Of a DNA stretch of 64,000 bases, positions 54,022 to 64,000 are shown in pieces. This DNA comes from an uncultured Gemmatimonadaceae bacterium. Lineage in GTDB: Bacteria > Gemmatimonadota > Gemmatimonadetes > Gemmatimonadales > Gemmatimonadaceae. Position numbers and translations under genes: made by a program. The stretch is from NCBI GenBank assembly GCA_963740355.1, contig CAVUDW010000003.1, positions 256,001 to 320,000 on the forward strand, read 5' to 3'. A model generated the notes under the pieces. That model did not search any database. It was not told where the DNA came from and saw only the letters and a program-made list of their open reading frames with translations. Numbering within the stretch: position 1 is the stretch's first letter; each line of letters begins with the position of its first letter.

Positions 54022-55653
54022 TCAGCCGACGGCGGAAGTACCGCCGTCGCTCATCGGCACCGTGCTGTTGACGGGTGCCGGGGTCCCCAGCAGGCTGCCT
54101 TCAGGAACCGGGCTCCGGAACGCCGACGTGCCGATGCCGCGACAGACTTCCGCCCGATTCCACACGGCGATGCTCTGATTCGCATATCCAACATGGATTT
54201 CGTCACCACGCACGGCCAGTCGCGACACCTCGGCGATCACCACTGGCTCCGTCCACCGTCCGCTGATGACATCGAGCACTCGAAGCCTCGTGCACGGCTC
54301 GTCACTGCTCACGATGGCATCGAGCACGAGGAGCCAGCCCGGACCGATCCATTTCGCCAGACTCGCCTGATCACAGGCGTACTGTGACCTGATGACGCCT
54401 GTGTCGACATCCACGATGGCCAGACCGTCATCACCCAGCACTGCGGCAACGGGACGCTGTGCCCACGAATCAACATCCAGCTCCGCGACCAATTCGAAAG
54501 TCATGGATGAGGTGAGCTCGGTGGTCCACTGCCCGCTGACGCGCAACTGGCCGTCAGCATCAGGCGCAACCCGCGCGCCGATCAGCGTCGTGCCGACCAG
54601 TGCAACGACACGCTCGCCGATCGTGATCAAGCGTGAGAAGCGACCATTCACCTTCGCCAGCCGACGCCGCTCACCCACCACCTGGGCGCCATCGAGGCAC
54701 ACGATCTTGCCATCGTGCAAGCCGAGCAGGAACCCGCCAGCGCCCCACGACGCGACGGCCGTGACAGGATCGGTGTCGATCGCACGCCACTGTCCGTTGC
54801 CTGTCGCGACGAACCCCTGCAGCAGCAGCGAACGCGCGAAACAGGTGGTGCCGTCACGCGAGAGCCAGACGTCGGTGAACCGTGTGCAGTCCCACTCGCT
54901 GCGATGCCCGGGCATCGCGGCCATCGGCTCCAGTGCGGCCGCATCACGTCGCACCGCGTAGAGCACGTTGTCGCTTTCACAGAGCCCACCGTTCGGCTGC
55001 AGGCTGCAGAACACACCGCGCGGGCTCTCGAACGCAGACCATTCCGGTGACAGGTGTTCGCGCAGCGGAATCCGCGGCGTCGATCGCGAGATCGACAAGG
55101 CAGCGCGCCGCACCCACTCCTCGGTCGTGAGCAGTTCGTCGTTCAACTCATAGGCGTGGAGCGCCGCCACGTCCCACGAAAAGGCACTCACGAACTCACG
55201 CAGTGCATCGCGCGAGTTGGTGTCGGTGAGGTGCATTTCCGCCTCGAAACCAGGATCGCCATCGCCGAACCGGACCACGCGCAGGTCCTTGGTGAGGCTG
55301 CCAGCCGCCCAGTGCTGGAGGTCGGCGGCATCGATGGCGCCCACACGCGACGTGCTACCGTCACCCCGGTGCCAGTACACCTGCGCGCTCACCCGGTCGG
55401 GCCAGATTTCGACTACGAAGGGCGGACACGAGGGCGCGGCATCGGCATCGCCGAGGGTCAGGCCGGCAACGCGGTAGGCCATGGTGAGCCCACGATAGCC
55501 CACTGCGTCACGCATCGACGCGGCGCCGTCGTGCATCCACGAGAAGTCGACGCGGGTCCAGGTGTCGACTGCTGCGAGTTCACCGCCGAGCATCTGGAAG
55601 ATGCTCGCATCGCGATCGTGCAGGTCTCTGGAACGGCCGTCAGGAGTCAACAT
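54022..55653 (-). CDS. hypothetical protein with probable C-terminal beta-propeller
   Basis: ~544-codon ORF; WD40-like strands (VTAVASWG...LLGLHDGKI; IHVGYANQSIAVW). Confidence 0.55.
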   Translation of the reverse strand: MLTPDGRSRDLHDRDASIFQMLGGELAAVDTWTRVDFSWMHDGAASMRDAVGYRGLTMAYRVAGLTLGDADAAPSCPPFVVEIWPDRVSAQVYWHRGDGSTSRVGAIDAADLQHWAAGSLTKDLRVVRFGDGDPGFEAEMHLTDTNSRDALREFVSAFSWDVAALHAYELNDELLTTEEWVRRAALSISRSTPRIPLREHLSPEWSAFESPRGVFCSLQPNGGLCESDNVLYAVRRDAAALEPMAAMPGHRSEWDCTRFTDVWLSRDGTTCFARSLLLQGFVATGNGQWRAIDTDPVTAVASWGAGGFLLGLHDGKIVCLDGAQVVGERRRLAKVNGRFSRLITIGERVVALVGTTLIGARVAPDADGQLRVSGQWTTELTSSMTFELVAELDVDSWAQRPVAAVLGDDGLAIVDVDTGVIRSQYACDQASLAKWIGPGWLLVLDAIVSSDEPCTRLRVLDVISGRWTEPVVIAEVSRLAVRGDEIHVGYANQSIAVWNRAEVCRGIGTSAFRSPVPEGSLLGTPAPVNSTVPMSDGGTSAVG

Positions 55654-55975
55654 CTGCAACGCGGTGTCCGTGGGTCGTGCACTGTGAAGGCAACGAGCGT
55701 TCCGGTCAGACGAGCACGCCTGAGAGATACTCAACCGCACGTGAAGGTAAACCGGCCCAGCAACTGGTCGGTGCCATCCCTGAAGGGCGGGCTCGACTGC
55801 ACACCCTGAATACACGGCCGCGGAAGGTTAAAAGCAACTCACCGGTAGAAGTCGTCATCTGTTTGTCACCTTCGCGGTCTGACCGGCACGGCCGGATCAC
55901 GCGTCGGACGCCCCGGTGTCGCAGGTCCGGCCCCTTGTTCCTCTCCCCTCGACCGGATATCTCTTAAAGGCCTAG

Positions 55976-56028
55976 TTGACACACTCACGACACGGGTGCA
56001 GACTCTTCCCAGCAACTAAACGTTTGGG
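55976..56028 (+). promoter_or_regulatory. candidate sigma70 promoter and operator for the blaI-like operon
   Basis: TTGACA (55976) - 17 nt - CAGACT; imperfect palindrome CTAAAC|GTTTGG just before the ATG. Confidence 0.4.
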
Positions 56029-56035
56029 AGATGGG

Positions 56036-56416
56036 ATGCCGACTTTCACCGCCCGCGAGCTCGACATCATGACCGCCCTCTGGCAACGGGGGGCCGCCAC
56101 CGCGGCCGAGGTGCGCGACGCACTCGCCGACGACGGCATCGAATTGGCCTACAACACTGTGCTGACGATCCTGCGCATCCTGCAGGACAAGGGCTTCGTC
56201 GCCCATAACGTGGAGGGCCGCGCGCACCGCTTCCGGCCCTTGGTGGCGCGTGAGGCGGCGAGCAAGAGCGCGGTAAAGCGCCTGCTGGACGGTCTGTTCG
56301 ATCGGTCGCCGGAAGCCTTGATGACGCACCTCGTCCGCGATGAGGGACTCGATCGCGCCGCACTCGAGCGCCTGAAGGCGCTGGTGGAATCGGAACTGCG
56401 CCAGGACGACGAATGA
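56036..56416 (+). CDS. BlaI/MecI/CopY family transcriptional repressor
   Basis: RELDIMTALW, LAYNTVLTILRILQDKGFV, GRAHRFRPLV, LFDRSPEALMTHLV. Confidence 0.93.
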   Translation: MPTFTARELDIMTALWQRGAATAAEVRDALADDGIELAYNTVLTILRILQDKGFVAHNVEGRAHRFRPLVAREAASKSAVKRLLDGLFDRSPEALMTHLVRDEGLDRAALERLKALVESELRQDDE

Positions 56417-57966
56417 TCGCGGCCACCATGCTGTACCTGACGCTGTTCGGCGCACTGGTCGCTGGCGCCGCCTGGTCGGCCGAACGAGTGTGCATCCGGC
56501 TCGACATCGCCCGTCGCTGGACCTGGCTCGGGGCCATGACGCTCATGTGCGCGATGCCGTTGGTGCCCGCCGAGATCACATCGCGCCTGCAACCGTCCAT
56601 CGGCGTCGTGGACGTCCGCTCGGCAGCGTCGCCGACATCGCAACTCGACCGCGACCTCTCCAGCTTCGTTGCGCCAAGCACGTCGAGTGACCAACTCGGC
56701 CTGCTGCCGGTCGGGGTGGTGCATGCGGTCGCCAACCTGATTGCCAGCTCGGCTGGCCTCATGCGGCCGCTCGATCTGCCGCTGGCGATCGCGTGGGCAC
56801 TCGCGAGCGTCACATTGCTCGGTCTCGCATTCACGAGCGCACTCCGCATAGCACGCATTCGCGCATCGTGGCGCATTTGGAATCGCGAGACCTTTCTCGC
56901 GCCAGCAACCTGGCTCTCCGAAGACGTGGGGCCGGCAGCCTTCGGCGCTACGCGAGGTGAAATAGTCGTCCCTCGCTGGGCGATGGCACTGCCGACGCTC
57001 GATCGCCGCCTGCTGCTGATGCACGAGCGTTCGCACGTGGAGGCACGCGATCCGATGCTCCTGTCGCTCGGCATGCTGCTCGTCATCATCATGCCGTGGA
57101 ATGCCCCGCTCCGCTGGGCGCATCGTCGGCTGCAGCGTGCCATCGAGCATGATTGCGACCGACGTGTGCTGTGCAGTCCAACAATGGCCAGACGGTACGC
57201 CGATCTGCTACTGCATGTGGCCGAGCGCGGGATCGCGATGCCGACGTGGCCACAGCGCGCGATGTGCGCGGGGAATCTTGGAGGGTCCGCCACATCGCTG
57301 ATGAGCGGCGAGCCGGATCTCGAGTCGCGTCTTCGAGCGCTGATCCGACCGGCGGTCTCCTGGCGAACGAATGTCCGCGCGATTGGCGCGGCGGGCGTGG
57401 CGCTCCTGCTGACGCTGATGGCCTGCACCGTGCCGATGCCGCGCCGGGCGGCACTGGCGCAACCCTCGCAGACGCCGCGGAATCTGGCGCTCGGCCGCGC
57501 GACGCGTGATCCCGACTGGGTGATGCGAACGAAGGACCCTACCGCGAGGGAACCTGCCCGCAATCTGGGTGACTCGCTGTATACGGCACGCGCCGATTCC
57601 CTCGTCATCGATGCCATCGAGCGCTCGCGTCCGACGCTGCTCAACCTCGCGACAACGGAGACGCCGTATGTCGCCATTGCGCTGACGCCATCGAATGAGG
57701 TGATCTCGCATTCGATCCGGGCCGGAGCACCCATCCGCCGCGACACCTCGGCGGAATCGGCAATGGTCGCACGGCTCGAACGCGCGGCAGCGCAAGCCGG
57801 CCTGGGGAGCAGCGCCTACAGCGATGCCGACTTCCGGGGTCGCATGCAATTGCTCGCGAACAGTCCCTTCTCCTATCTCGATTCCCTCGGCATCAGCCAC
57901 CTGCAAGTCGGCGACCACCCGCTGACCGTGCTCTGGGTGCGCTTCCGCGACCGGACCGGAGTGTAA
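56413..57966 (+). CDS. BlaR1/MecR1-type M56 membrane metallopeptidase
   Basis: TM helices, GPAAFG, HERSH zinc motif, PWNAPL, EHDCDRRVL, LESRL; ATGA overlap with blaI. Confidence 0.88.
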   Translation: MIAATMLYLTLFGALVAGAAWSAERVCIRLDIARRWTWLGAMTLMCAMPLVPAEITSRLQPSIGVVDVRSAASPTSQLDRDLSSFVAPSTSSDQLGLLPVGVVHAVANLIASSAGLMRPLDLPLAIAWALASVTLLGLAFTSALRIARIRASWRIWNRETFLAPATWLSEDVGPAAFGATRGEIVVPRWAMALPTLDRRLLLMHERSHVEARDPMLLSLGMLLVIIMPWNAPLRWAHRRLQRAIEHDCDRRVLCSPTMARRYADLLLHVAERGIAMPTWPQRAMCAGNLGGSATSLMSGEPDLESRLRALIRPAVSWRTNVRAIGAAGVALLLTLMACTVPMPRRAALAQPSQTPRNLALGRATRDPDWVMRTKDPTAREPARNLGDSLYTARADSLVIDAIERSRPTLLNLATTETPYVAIALTPSNEVISHSIRAGAPIRRDTSAESAMVARLERAAAQAGLGSSAYSDADFRGRMQLLANSPFSYLDSLGISHLQVGDHPLTVLWVRFRDRTGV

Positions 57967-57968
57967 GC

Positions 57969-60900
57969 ATGCGCAAGCTGTACGCCGTGATCGTATTGTG
58001 GCTGGTGCCTTTGGTAGCACTTTGCTCTCAATCACGTCCGGATACCCTGCAAGGCCGGCTGACCACCGATTCCGCGGTGGCCCTCTCCGATGCCGAGGTG
58101 ATCGTGACGCGCGGACCCGACCGCACGGTGTTTCGCACACGCACTGATGCTGCGGGCCGGTGGCGCGTCGTCGCCGATCCGGGCACCGGTGACTACCTCG
58201 TCTTCGCCAGCGCGGTGGGCCGGGTATCCCAGCGCAAACGGGTGACGCGCACCGCGACCGAGACCAGCTTCACAGTGGACCTCTCGCTGGCGTCGAGCAC
58301 GGTGCAGCAGCTCGCACGGGTGGAAGTGCGTGCGACGAAACGCGAGGCACCGGATCGACAATACGCGGGCGAGCCGGCACGAGGCAGCGCTGAATCGGAA
58401 TGGGACGGCGTGTACGCCGCCGTGTCGCCTTCACTCACAGGCAGCGCATCAGCTCTTGCCGCGACCATCGTGGGGCTGCAGACGGGCCCCGGTGGTATTT
58501 CAGCTCTCGGCCTGCCGGGCTCGCAGACGCAGTTCACGATCAACGGCATGGCTGGCGGCGCGGAACTGCCGCGCGGCATGGTGGGACAGGTGCGGGCCAG
58601 CACGACGGCCTGGGATGTTGCGCGCGGCGGCTTCAGCGGCGCACAGATCGATGCCAATATCAGTACGGGCTACCCATACAAGTACCGCACCGCCAGCATC
58701 GTGGTCGACAATCCCCTGCTCCAGTCCACCGATGCGGTAGGTCGGGCACTGGGACAAAGATCGAGCCTCATCGATGCAAACCTGACGGCGATCGGACCGA
58801 TCGATCGTCAGGATCGCTTCGCGTACTCGGTGGGTGCGCGCGTCCGTCGGCGGGAGGCCGATCAGCCGTCTCTTGCAAGCGCGAGCAGCGTTGCCCTCGA
58901 GGCAGCTGGTGTCGGGCGTGATACCGTGGCACGCCTGCTGTCGGAACTGACACGTCGTGGTATCCCGATCGGTGGCGCTAACGGCACGCAGCGCACGGAC
59001 ATCCAGTTGGCGGCCCGCATCGATCGACTGGGGTATGATCAGGAGGCGAACACGCCGATACCGCGGACCTATGGCGTGGTGGGGATTCTCAACGCCGGTA
59101 TCGATCGCGGCACTGGGATTGGTCCGACGGTGACCCCCGCCACCAGTGGCAGCGGCCACGACGTCCTGGGCACGGTGCAGCTGGTGCACAACCTTCGTAC
59201 GGCGCGTTGGCTGCATGACACGAAGACTTCGCTCTCGATACGTGACGCAGTCGCAACGCCGGCACTTCTTCTGCCATCGGGCGGTGTGCGCACGGTTGGC
59301 AGCAACGCCGAGACGGGCGGCGTGGCGTCACTCGGCTTCGGAGGGGGCGGCGCGCTGGCACGGGATCAGACGCGGCTGACATGGGAAACGACCCAGGAGT
59401 CGCAGACCTACGTGACGGCTGGCACACGACATCGCGTGAAGCTGTTTGCTCAGGCGCGCCTGGAATCGGCCGCAGAGCGATCGAATCCCAATGCACTCGG
59501 CGCATTCAGCTACAACTCCCTCGACGATCTCGCAGGCGGCCGACCGTCGAGTTACTCCCGCACGTTGGCGCTGCCCACACGTCGCGGGACCGCATTCAAC
59601 ACGGCACTCGGCGTGGGGAGCATCTATCGCACGTCGGCAAACTTTGCGCTGCAGTACGGTGCCCGAGCCGAGGGCAATGCGTTTCTCACCCGTCCTGATG
59701 CGAACGCGGTGCTGCTGCAGTCATTGGGTGTGCGCACGAACGTCACACCCGCGGCCTGGGGCATCAGCCCGCGCCTGGGGTTCCGGTGGGTGTACCGGAA
59801 GCGGCCGCGAAACGAAGTGATCTACTATTCGGCGTTGGGCAGGTTCAATCGCGAAGTAATCGGTGTACTGCGCGGCGGCATCGGCGAGTTCCGCAGCTTC
59901 TATACGCCCGATCAGGTCTCAGGCGCCGTCGCGGCGACCGGCCTTGCCGCGAGTACCCTGCGGCTGTTGTGCGTTGGCGCCGCAATTCCGGTGGATGACT
60001 GGGAATCCTTTGGTTCGACGGCGGCGTCCATTCCCAGTGCATGCGCGAATGGCGCACCTGCGCTGGCGGATCGAACGCCCTCGGTTCGCGTCCTCGATCC
60101 AGCGTGGCGCGCTCCGAGGAGCTGGCGCTCGAACCTGAACTGGTCCACTCGCGCACTAGGCAGTGACCTGTCGTTCGAAGGAATTGCGAGCCTCAATCTC
60201 GATCAGGCAGGCAGCATCGATGCCAACTTTGCCGGCGCGCCACGTTTCGCGCTGGCGAGTGAAGGCGGTCGCCCAGTCTTCGTGAACGCGTCGAGCATCG
60301 TGGCCGAGAACGGTGCTGTGTCGCCTGCCGATGCCCGTCGCGATCCGGCGTTCGGGAGTGTGCTGGTGAGCCAATCAGTGGCCCGCTCGGTGAGCACCCA
60401 GTTTCGCGTGACGGTTTCCCCGACCATGCCGCAGGGCACGAGCTTGCGCGTCGCCTATGTGGCGAGCCGAATTCGCGCTCGGGAGAATGGCTTCGATCGC
60501 AATACCGCGGGCGATCCGCGGCTGAGGGAGTGGACCGCAGGTGAGCTCGATTCCCGCCACCAGCTTCAGGTCCAGGGCTCCGTACAGGTGAAGCGCGTCG
60601 GCATGAGTGTCTTCTTCAACGCCGTCTCGGGCACGCCCTTCACGCCTGTCGTGTCGGGCGACGTGAATGGCGACGGGTTCAGCTTCAATGATCGGGCCTT
60701 CGTCACGCGTGGAGGCCTCGGTGCGACGCCGCAGTTTCAATCAGCGATGGCGACACTGCTGTCATCGTCCTCGAACGACGTGCGCCGCTGCCTGACGGTG
60801 GCGCTGGAGCAGATCGCGGCGCGCAATTCCTGCCGCAACCCATGGTCCGCGACCATGAATGCGCAACTGAGCAGCGACGGACGCATCCTGCACCTGCGCC

Positions 60901-61607
60901 GTCGCGCAACGGTGACGCTCTCATTGATCAACGTCCTGGCGGGTATCGATCGCGCCGTGAATGGCAACCAGCTTCGCGGCTGGGGGTCGCGTGGATATGC
61001 CGACCCGGTGTTGTACGCCGTGCGAGGCTGGGACGCCAGCGCTCGCCGCTTCATCTACGACGTCAATCCACGGTTCGGTAACACGAGCCCACGTTTCAGC
61101 ACGCTTCGGATGCCGTTCGCGGTGACACTCGACGTGAACACACCATTCGGTCCGACGTTCGGCCGCCAGCAGCTGAATCGTGCGCTGCGCAATGGTCGCA
61201 ACGGCTTTCCCGGAAAGCGCCTTGACTCCGCCGGCGTGGCGGCGCGGTATGCGAGGGAGAGCCAGGACATCTACGAAGGAATTCTGGAACAGCGCGACTC
61301 GCTCTTCATCACCGCCGAGCAACTCACGCAGCTCGAAGCAGCACGCAGGAGCCTTGTCGCACGGAGCGACTCGGTCTGGGGCGCTCTCGCAGGCTACCTG
61401 CTCAGCCTTGGTGACGATTATCAAACGAAGGAAGCCGTGCGGCGACAGACGCTGGCGTCGATCGCCGTCTGGGAACTGAGTCGCCTCGACGCCCACGCCC
61501 TCGACCGCATCCTCACTCCCGGCCAGATCAAGTTGCTCCCGTTCCTGCCGACCTATCTCCGCCAGCAAAAGAAGCCGATCAACGCCAAGGACGTTTTCAT
61601 CGACTGA
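57969..61607 (+). CDS. outer-membrane TonB-dependent-like protein with N-terminal carboxypeptidase-regulatory-like domain
   Basis: Signal peptide, RTDAAGRW, LARVEVRA, RGGFSGAQI plug motif, SPRLGF, SGTPFTP, GDVNGDG..NDRAF. Confidence 0.75.
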   Translation: MRKLYAVIVLWLVPLVALCSQSRPDTLQGRLTTDSAVALSDAEVIVTRGPDRTVFRTRTDAAGRWRVVADPGTGDYLVFASAVGRVSQRKRVTRTATETSFTVDLSLASSTVQQLARVEVRATKREAPDRQYAGEPARGSAESEWDGVYAAVSPSLTGSASALAATIVGLQTGPGGISALGLPGSQTQFTINGMAGGAELPRGMVGQVRASTTAWDVARGGFSGAQIDANISTGYPYKYRTASIVVDNPLLQSTDAVGRALGQRSSLIDANLTAIGPIDRQDRFAYSVGARVRRREADQPSLASASSVALEAAGVGRDTVARLLSELTRRGIPIGGANGTQRTDIQLAARIDRLGYDQEANTPIPRTYGVVGILNAGIDRGTGIGPTVTPATSGSGHDVLGTVQLVHNLRTARWLHDTKTSLSIRDAVATPALLLPSGGVRTVGSNAETGGVASLGFGGGGALARDQTRLTWETTQESQTYVTAGTRHRVKLFAQARLESAAERSNPNALGAFSYNSLDDLAGGRPSSYSRTLALPTRRGTAFNTALGVGSIYRTSANFALQYGARAEGNAFLTRPDANAVLLQSLGVRTNVTPAAWGISPRLGFRWVYRKRPRNEVIYYSALGRFNREVIGVLRGGIGEFRSFYTPDQVSGAVAATGLAASTLRLLCVGAAIPVDDWESFGSTAASIPSACANGAPALADRTPSVRVLDPAWRAPRSWRSNLNWSTRALGSDLSFEGIASLNLDQAGSIDANFAGAPRFALASEGGRPVFVNASSIVAENGAVSPADARRDPAFGSVLVSQSVARSVSTQFRVTVSPTMPQGTSLRVAYVASRIRARENGFDRNTAGDPRLREWTAGELDSRHQLQVQGSVQVKRVGMSVFFNAVSGTPFTPVVSGDVNGDGFSFNDRAFVTRGGLGATPQFQSAMATLLSSSSNDVRRCLTVALEQIAARNSCRNPWSATMNAQLSSDGRILHLRRRATVTLSLINVLAGIDRAVNGNQLRGWGSRGYADPVLYAVRGWDASARRFIYDVNPRFGNTSPRFSTLRMPFAVTLDVNTPFGPTFGRQQLNRALRNGRNGFPGKRLDSAGVAARYARESQDIYEGILEQRDSLFITAEQLTQLEAARRSLVARSDSVWGALAGYLLSLGDDYQTKEAVRRQTLASIAVWELSRLDAHALDRILTPGQIKLLPFLPTYLRQQKKPINAKDVFID

Positions 61608-61645
61608 GACGTGCGAAAGCGCTGAAGCGGGATGGAGCCATCCTT

Positions 61646-61704
61646 CCTCATGCTGTTCCCCGCGACTCCGCGTCCCCCGCGGCTCCGCGTGAGGAAGTGT
61701 GGAC
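61646..61704 (-). repeat. REP-like dispersed repeat, copy 3
   Basis: Reverse complement gtccacacttcctcacgcggagccgcgggggacgcggagtcgcggggaacagcatgagg matches copies 1 and 2; lies between convergent genes. Confidence 0.9.
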
Positions 61705-61772
61705 AATGCTCGCCGGAACGGCGCGCGAGGCCGTCAGCCACCGACGTGTCTCACGTTCGCGCGGTTCGCGAC

Positions 61773-63665
61773 CTAGCGGTATCCCGCCGCCTGCAACTCG
61801 AACAGCTCGGCGTACCGACCGCGCTGTGCCAGCAACTCGGCATGCGTTCCGGCGGCCTCCACGCGACCGTCGGCCAGGACGAGGATGCGGTCGGCCATGC
61901 GCACACTGGAGAAGCGGTGCGAGATCAGCACTCCCGTCTTCCCTTCGCTCAGTTCCTTGAATCGCTCGAACACCTCGAATTCGGCGCGCGCATCGAGCGC
62001 CGCCGTCGGTTCGTCGAGGATCAGCAACTGGGCGTCGCGCATGTAGGCACGAGCGATCGCCACCTTCTGCCATTCACCGCCCGACAGGTCAACACCCTTC
62101 CTGAATCGGCGACCCACTTGCTGGTCGTAGTGTTTCGGCAGCTTCGCAATCACCTCGCTGGCCAGGCTCCGGTCGGCGGCGGCTTCGATACGCGCCTGAT
62201 CGTCACGGGCCTCGATGCGGCCGACGGCGATGTTCTCGCCTGCAGTCATGTTGTAGCGCACGAAGTCCTGGAAGATCACGCCGATGTTCGATCGCAGATC
62301 TTCGAGGTCGTATTCCCGCATGTCATGTCCGTCGACGAGGATCCGGCCCTCGTCAGGATCGTAGAGCCGCGCCAGCAGCTTCACGATGGTGGTCTTGCCG
62401 GCACCATTTTCGCCCACCAGTGCCAGCACCTCGCCCGCGCGCAGCGTGAAGCTCAGGTGCCGAACGGCCCAGCGCTCGGCACCCGGATACTGGAAGCCGA
62501 CATCCTCGAAGACGATCCCCTCGCGCAATGTCGTGGGAAACGGTCGTGGATTCGGCGGTGAGAGAATCTCCGGTTGCACGTCGAAAAAGGAGAACAGGTC
62601 GTCGAGATACAGTGCCTGGCTGGCCGTCTGCGTGAAACCGATCAGCAGTCCTTCCAGCAGGTTGCGGAGTCGGCGGAACGACCCTGCGAGGAACGTCAGG
62701 TCGCCGATCGAGAACTGTCCGGTGAGTGTGCGGAAGACGATCAGCGCGTAGGCCACGTAGTAGCCAAGTGTGCCAAGGGCGGTGAGCAGACCACCCCACC
62801 CCGCGCGGCGAATGGCGAGACCGCGATTGGCGACGTAGAAATCGCCAGCCAACTTGCGATAGCGATCGATCAGGAAGTCGTTCAGCCCGAAGATCTTCAC
62901 TTCCTTCGCCGTCTCGACGCTCGCACCCGTCTGGCGGATGTAGTCCAGTTCTCGTCGATCCGCGGTTCGCGAATAGGCCAGCGAATAACTGCGCTCGTTG
63001 AAGTAGGCTTCGCCAAGGAACGCAGGGATCAGCGCCACGAACAGCAGCACGATCAGCCATGGCGCATAGGCCACGAGGCCGATACCGAAGCTGAGGATCG
63101 TGACCAGATCCTGTGCCTGCCCGAAGAGCTGATTCATCAGCGTCATGCGACCCGAGGCCTGGCGGCGAGCGCGTTCGAGCTTGTCCTGCTGCTCGCTGTC
63201 CTCAAAATCCTCGAGGTCCAGCGTTGCCGCGTGCTCCATCAGCCGGATGCTGGTGATGTTGGAGAATTGCTCCGAGAGCAGCGAGTCGAAGAGTGCCACG
63301 AGTCGCCCCAGCACGTCGGAACTCACCGCCAGCGCGAACTCGGCACCCAGCAGCCAGAGCAAGCGCGCCGAGCCGACGTTGTGCAACCATCCGCTGACGG
63401 ATGTTGGGGCGCCGCCCGCGGCAGTGCGCGCCATCACCTCGTCGATGATCAGCTTGCCGACGTAGAGCGTGATGACCGGCAACACTGCTCGGACGAGTCG
63501 CAGCAAGACCGTCCAGACGGTGAGCGGCTTGCTGGTCGCCCAGATGAGGGCGAGGAACGGCGGGATGTTGCGAATCGCGCCGAGTCGGTCGCGGAGCGAG
63601 CGGGTCGGTGGCGTCGAACCGCGCGGGACGGGTTCAGAAACGACGATCGGGCGGCGTGGGGGCAT
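61773..63665 (-). CDS. ABC exporter, fused permease/ATP-binding protein
   Basis: TM domain; GENGAGKTT, LSGGEWQKVAIARA, ILDEPTAALD, ISHRFSSVRMAD. Confidence 0.95.
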   Translation of the reverse strand: MPPRRPIVVSEPVPRGSTPPTRSLRDRLGAIRNIPPFLALIWATSKPLTVWTVLLRLVRAVLPVITLYVGKLIIDEVMARTAAGGAPTSVSGWLHNVGSARLLWLLGAEFALAVSSDVLGRLVALFDSLLSEQFSNITSIRLMEHAATLDLEDFEDSEQQDKLERARRQASGRMTLMNQLFGQAQDLVTILSFGIGLVAYAPWLIVLLFVALIPAFLGEAYFNERSYSLAYSRTADRRELDYIRQTGASVETAKEVKIFGLNDFLIDRYRKLAGDFYVANRGLAIRRAGWGGLLTALGTLGYYVAYALIVFRTLTGQFSIGDLTFLAGSFRRLRNLLEGLLIGFTQTASQALYLDDLFSFFDVQPEILSPPNPRPFPTTLREGIVFEDVGFQYPGAERWAVRHLSFTLRAGEVLALVGENGAGKTTIVKLLARLYDPDEGRILVDGHDMREYDLEDLRSNIGVIFQDFVRYNMTAGENIAVGRIEARDDQARIEAAADRSLASEVIAKLPKHYDQQVGRRFRKGVDLSGGEWQKVAIARAYMRDAQLLILDEPTAALDARAEFEVFERFKELSEGKTGVLISHRFSSVRMADRILVLADGRVEAAGTHAELLAQRGRYAELFELQAAGYR

Positions 63666-63743
63666 CGCGCAGCCTAGTGCGACTGGGCGCAGCTGGAAAC
63701 TGGCCGGATGTCCCGGACTGCCAGCCCAGCACGCGGGCGGGCC

Positions 63744-64000
63744 TTATGCCGCAGGCACCTTTTGCATGAACGCGGCCATCGAGCGGGCGGCCACAGCGAC
63801 CTCACGCCAGGCCACAAGATCCAGTGGGGCCACCGGCACCCACAACCCCAGTGTGCGCGCCTGATGCGTGAACAGCGACAGCCACACCGTGATGCGTTCC
63901 TTCTGGCGCGTCACCGCATCGCAGCGCTCCGTGGCACCGACCCACGCCACGAGCGCCTGCAACAGGCAGGAGAGGGTGGACCGACCGGTGTCGTCGAGCG
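63744..64000 (-). CDS. hypothetical protein, 3' end only (enters from right edge)
   Basis: Frame open from window edge to TAA at 63744; no recognisable motif. Confidence 0.35.
   Translation of the reverse strand, partial: LDDTGRSTLSCLLQALVAWVGATERCDAVTRQKERITVWLSLFTHQARTLGLWVPVAPLDLVAWREVAVAARSMAAFMQKVPAA

Noticed and set aside
56036..57966. Beta-lactam resistance locus
   Set aside because: No beta-lactamase or PBP gene and no penicillin-binding sensor domain

Overview
High-GC (roughly two-thirds G+C by eye) bacterial chromosomal window; the protein repertoire suggests Gemmatimonadota, which is an inference and was not searched. The left end is a branched-chain amino acid cluster on the minus strand (ilvD | leader+attenuator | ilvB-ilvN-ilvC-leuA-leuC-leuD-leuB). 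It contains a readable ribosome-dependent attenuator: a 43-aa Leu/Ile/Val-rich leader with terminator and antiterminator. Next come a MacAB-TolC-type ABC system, an LGFP-repeat/metallophosphoesterase fusion coupled to an L,D-transpeptidase, and a small protein / KaiC-like ATPase / GGDEF-histidine-kinase fusion operon. These are followed by a DUF2892-flanked TolC-MFP-RND operon, a lipid kinase, an RsbQ/KAI2-like hydrolase with a hybrid kinase, ppc, and a CheB-CheR fusion with a hybrid kinase. The right half holds a Cys/His-rich CruR/DUF2946-like uORF upstream of a TonB-dependent receptor, a sorbosone dehydrogenase, an ECF sigma/anti-sigma pair divergent from a large metzincin lipoprotein, a BlaI/BlaR1(M56)/outer-membrane protein operon and an ABC exporter. 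A ~50-bp dispersed intergenic repeat occurs three times. Five genes carry six single-base indels, most likely sequencing or assembly errors. No rRNA, tRNA, CRISPR array, transposase or integrase was recognised. All family assignments come from motif recognition by eye.
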